Of a DNA stretch of 12,921 nucleotides, positions 9,300-12,921 are shown piece by piece. The DNA comes from Azolla caroliniana. Taxonomy: Eukaryota; Plantae; Polypodiophyta. Position numbers and translations under genes: made by a program. How positions within the stretch are numbered: the stretch's first letter is position 1; the number at the start of each line of letters is the position of its first letter. The stretch covers positions 1-12,921 of the forward strand of contig JBHGNT010001015.1 in assembly GCA_043228905.1 (NCBI GenBank), in the 5' to 3' direction. The notes under the pieces were generated by a model. The model was not told the origin of the DNA. It saw nothing but the letters and a program-made list of their open reading frames with translations, and did no database searches.

Positions 9300-9845
9300 T
9301 CAAGTGCGTGAGTGTAGTTCCTGAATCCTCACCACCACAGGTGTTTTGCTTCTAATGGATTTCTTAGATATTTGCCATCCTTCAGTGTTCTCTTTGTCCA
9401 CATCAAAGGCCTGTCTCAAATCGTGCATGTTTGATTGCACATTACCAATTGTCTGCGGGACTTCACTTTTCCCTTTGTCTTGTACTCTCAATTTCTGGAT
9501 GGGTTGCATCATAGATTGGTTTGTTGCCTTTGAAGAAGAAACCTGACTATTTTCTTTTAGTGATGCAGGTTTCAACATTGCGGTTTCAAGTGGTTGAATA
9601 GTCAATGTTGGGCATTTTGATTGCATATGACCAAACTTGTTACATGTGTAACATGCACTTGCAAATTTGGCCCATTCCAACTTAAAAGGTCTTGCACCAA
9701 TAGTTGGATCATCCGAGTTGAGGGTGATAACTTCCAAGATCGGAACATCTATGTCCCAAAGAATGCAAAATCTATTAGAAGTACTTGTAGTTTTTGGGGA
9801 GCATACTACTCTCCCCATTCCCCCTGCAATTGTAGGTAATCAATT
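9300..9845 (-). pseudogene. LINE ORF1 C-terminal half with CCHC zinc knuckle (5'-truncated at the inversion junction)
   Basis: CYTCNKFGHMQSKC (CX2CX4HX4C) at 9653-9612, preceded by LPTIAGGMGRVV and followed by a low-complexity tail with an EGWQ motif. Lies directly upstream of ORF2. Confidence 0.85.
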
Positions 9846-10644
9846 CAGATGTGGTAAATGACCAATGTCACTTATTGCACTTCAATGACATGACATGTCG
9901 TTATAGTCTTGGGCCACATCATCGTGTTAACTGGAATCAAGTCACTGAGTTGGTACTTTCCTTAGTACCTGTGCCACCTCTTGATGGAGATCGCAGGATT
10001 CAGGATTGGATGTTACAAAAAGGGAAAATTGTTATTCCAATGCATAACATTACAACACATTCAATGTATATGTTCTTGCAACCTGTCCCATGGTTTCACG
10101 AACATGCAAATGCATTATGGAACCTACACACAACGCAGTCCTGGTGGAAAAACAGGCTTACAAGCTTATGGAGCTTTGTCTTCCACTTAAGCAATGGGTA
10201 TTCCTATGGAGATGCCTATTGGGTATGCTCCCGACTGGATCGAATCTTCAAAAGAGATTGATTGCCTCATCGCATTGTGCAAGATGTGGTGGACGATTGG
10301 AAATGGCCCCACACTTATTATAGGCTTGCTCATTCACTACAACATTTGTACAAAGACTAAGTGCATCTCTTTATCACAGATTTCCTGGCCGAAGGTTTGG
10401 CAAACAGTTTTGGATATTTGGACAAATTCCGTGCGCCCTATCCAACAATGCCTATTTTCTTCAATGGACATGATTTTGGGCACTCTGGACCATTTGGACA
10501 ACCCGCAATAATAAGGTCTTTGATGGAAACCAACTGCATGAAGTTCGCTTTTCTAAGCAATCCCTCAGGCAATCTCTATTTGATTGTCTGCAACTTAGAA
10601 ACATCACACTGCAAATTTACAATCTTTACTTTGAGTGCTTTTAA
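9846..10644 (+). pseudogene. LINE ORF2 C-terminus (zf-RVT/CCHC region), non-inverted segment
   Basis: KQWVFLWRCLLGMLPTGSNLQKR, CARCGGRLEMAPHLL*AC (CX2CX8HX4C, 10276-10329) and WALWTIWTTRNNKVF. Stop TAA at 10642-10644. Confidence 0.88.
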
Positions 10645-10751
10645 GCTCTTTAGTGTCTAATGGACACTTGTATATTTTTCTTTATTCTTTGTGGGTTTCA
10701 CCTCACTTTGAGTTTTCCCACTAGTGATAAAAGTGTTACAAAAAAAAAAAA
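10645..10751 (+). other. LINE 3' UTR and poly(A) tail
   Basis: T-rich UTR ending GATAAAAGTGTTAC followed by A12 (10740-10751). Confidence 0.8.
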
Positions 10752-10752
10752 C

Positions 10753-10765
10753 AGGCTACCCAAAA
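10753..10765 (+). repeat. Right TSD of the LINE insertion (AGGCTACCCAAAA)
   Basis: One base after the poly(A), with a 12/13 match to 2655-2667. Confidence 0.75.
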
Positions 10766-11207
10766 CGCAAAAAGCAACAAAAGCAAAAAGCAAAAAAGCA
10801 AAAATTAAAATGCAGAACAGGGGGTCGCTCTTTTTGCTTCTTTCGGCGAGTAAGATCAATCATCACATGGCGATGGCGAGAAAACTTGATTGCCTGCACG
10901 AAACGACTTTTTCCAGGAGAACATTGATTTCTTCACAAGCCTCCCAAAAAGTAATAGCGCTCCTCCCTTTCTGCTCGTGACCGCAGAGCCCTGTTTTTCA
11001 TCCCCTCCCAATGGTATCCGCCTTTCTTTCCTTCTTCTATGTTGAAATCTGTGTGCTAAATCCTTAACACACTCTTTCTTCCGTACACATTGTATGGAAG
11101 TGATCGTTGACAGTATAGGTGGATGTGAAGCTGCATATTTTGCATCACAGATGTTCATGCTCAAGTGCATTTGCATTTCTTAATGTCCTATTTCTTCACA
11201 TGCATAA

Positions 11208-11229
11208 ACACACACACACACACACACAC
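11208..11229. repeat. (AC)11 microsatellite
   Basis: Direct reading. Confidence 0.95.
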
Positions 11230-11641
11230 TGTATGAGTAGTATTTTTCTAGTATTTGTTGATGTGAGTTGGATATGAAGTTGTGCATAGGATCACGGAAG
11301 TTGATGTAGAAGTAGCTGTTTACCTAATTTTGTTCATATCCATACATATATATAAATGGTCTTTAATCATATATATGGGTGTGAAGATGCATGCTGCATC
11401 ATGTTATCATATTATTGTATGACAGTAAAATAGCCATCTCCTGTGACATCAGGCTGCCTATTATCATGTATAGGATTTGTGTCTTTGACTGTACATATGG
11501 CCATTATGGCACAATGTTGATGTGAAGATATATTTTATGGCATCATGTTATGTTATGTCTCATGTGAGATTACTACAATCCTTTCTCCTTAGAATGTAAT
11601 ATCATGTGTGGTGATTTGTCTGAGCAATCACTGAAAATAGA

Positions 11642-11906
11642 ATGATGACTACAGTGCTCAGGGGAAGTTCTATACTCACATCACCAGCTGTATCCACTAA
11701 GTGGGAAGATGCTGAAAAATGGTTATATGGCCACCACAATTATAACTCCGAGGGTCCTAATGCCAAAAAGCCTCAAGTTTCTATTAAAAGCCAAATACGA
11801 TCATCTTATACTCCAAACAATAATTGCAAATCGGTTTGCTTAACATTATATCCCTATTCAAGCCCTTGTGGTTCAACATTGGTTCATAAGGAATCAAACA
11901 CTGTGG
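11642..11906 (+). CDS. REM: Remorin (group 6-like), coding exon A
   Basis: STKWEDAEKWL matches the PSKWEDAE(K/R)W motif of long-N-terminus remorins. Phase-1 donor GG|GTAATA at 11906/11907 is compatible with the next exon. Whether ATG 11642 is the true start is uncertain. Confidence 0.78.
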
Positions 11907-12382
11907 GTAATAATCATGGATTGCTCACTCATTGAAAAGGATCAAAGCTATTGGTAGTTATTAGTAGTACATGTATGTTTGTTAGTGATACAATGGATAT
12001 GGATATGTCAGCATAAGAACTACATGCTTGTACTAGTTAGCATACGATGTCTATGGATGGTTCGTCATAATAAGTAGATGTATTTGTTACCTTAAGAAGT
12101 ATATTTATGTATTACCATAAGAAATACATGCATGTGTTACCATAAGAAGTATATGTATGAGTTGGTCATAAGAAGTATATGTATGATAAAAGTATATGTA
12201 TGAGTTAGTCCTAGAAGTATATGCTGTGCCTAGTCATAAGAAGCATGTGGATATTTTAGTCAGAAGAAGTATATGGATGCATTAGTGACTAGACTTAAGA
12301 AGAAGTATTATGTATGTGTAACTGTATTGCAATGTCAAATGAGAAAAAAGTTTCTCTTTGATCATTTTGTATGTTTTTGCAG
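11907..12382 (+). other. Spliceosomal intron (GT...AG, 476 bp)
   Basis: GTAATA donor and TTTTTGCAG acceptor ending at 12382. Splicing keeps the frame (junction codon G+TT = Val). Confidence 0.7.
11955..12320. repeat. Degenerate ~25-26-bp minisatellite within the remorin intron
   Basis: Recurrent CATAAGAAGTATATGTATG(A/T)GTT(A/G)GT-like units, clearest at 12090-12280. Confidence 0.75.
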
Positions 12383-12914
12383 TTGATTCAGACGTAGGTG
12401 TCGTGGAGCAAAAGAAACTTTTTGTTGATGGGCTAGCAGAAGGACGGTCAGTTTTGACAAAAGATGCATATACTGAGGTCTCACCTTCAACATCAAAAAG
12501 AGACATGGGTACTCAAATGACCCCATTCTCAAGTTCTTGTTCTTCTCCTGTTAGAAATAGCTCACCCCCACGACATAATACACCGGTCAAGAAGAGGCGG
12601 AATAGTGATGTGATGAAAAAGGATAATATTAGTAGCAATGACAATTCAGTTCTTGATAGTAACGATTACATCAATCATGTGGAGATTTTGGAGGGGTGCC
12701 GCATGTCTAATTTGGCTCTTATGGACCTCCCTTGTGGAAGCAACGTGTCCTTCCAATCCTGTGATGAGCAAGTATGTGCACATAGTCCAATGAATGTAGT
12801 GACCGAGGAGAATTGTCATGCAGTGGAAGGTAAAAACATTTCGGGGTCCTTTACCCTTTTGGAGACCCATACGGCGGCATGGGAGGAAGCCGAACGAGCG
12901 AAATGTATTGCTAA
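12383..12914 (+). CDS. REM: Remorin (group 6-like), coding exon B; gene continues beyond the window
   Basis: Uninterrupted frame with RDMGTQMTP, SPPRHNTP and LETHTAAWEEAERAKCIAK (start of the Remorin_C coiled coil). Probable phase-2 donor AA|GTGGGT at 12914/12915. Not in the ORF track, probably because it has no stop in the window. Confidence 0.9.
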
Positions 12915-12921
12915 GTGGGTT

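Larger units (their letters stand above)
2668..10752. mobile_element. L1-clade LINE, 5'-truncated and 5'-inverted, degenerate, with nested insertions
   Basis: Minus strand carries the ORF1 zinc knuckle, APE endonuclease, RT and post-RT region running 9845->2668. Plus strand carries the ORF2 C-terminal CCHC region, 3'UTR and A12 tail from ~9846 to 10751. A flanking 13-bp TSD is present. Confidence 0.85.

Noticed and set aside
5767-10751. Two independent, divergently oriented LINE insertions
   Set aside because: The parts are complementary and non-redundant, only one poly(A) tail follows an ORF2 C-terminus, and one TSD pair flanks both. A single inverted insertion is simpler.
10660-10980. Lys-rich ORFs (10660-10980, 10724-10927)
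   Set aside because: Produced by the poly(A) tail and the adjacent GCAAAAA-type A-rich repeat.
11907-11935. Remorin ORF ending at stop 11935 as a complete 97-aa protein
   Set aside because: A phase-compatible GT-AG intron joins it to a downstream exon carrying further remorin motifs.
12282-12870. Minus-strand ORFs 12282-12506 and 12646-12870
   Set aside because: Antisense shadows of the remorin exon.

Overview
Repeat-rich land-plant nuclear DNA, not prokaryotic. Most of the window (~2668-10752) reads as one L1-clade LINE insertion with a 5' inversion. About 3.7 kb of ORF1 and ORF2 lies on the minus strand, joined at ~9845 to the ORF2 C-terminus, 3'UTR and poly(A) on the plus strand. The whole unit is bracketed by a 13-bp target-site duplication (TSD) with one mismatch. 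Three later events are nested inside it. The first is an internally deleted Tnt1-like Ty1/copia element (2953-5761, TSD TGATC) whose LTRs differ in 39-bp repeat number. The second is a 419-bp solo LTR (7416-7834, TSD ACTTG) that carries a decayed tRNA-like Pol III module on one strand and a heat-shock-element array plus TATA box on the other. The third is a near-perfect 204-bp tandem duplication. Left of the LINE are a calmodulin-like EF-hand pseudogene fragment and an unidentified acidic ORF end. Right of it are two coding exons of a group-6-type remorin gene that runs off the window. All calls come from manual reading, with no database searches.
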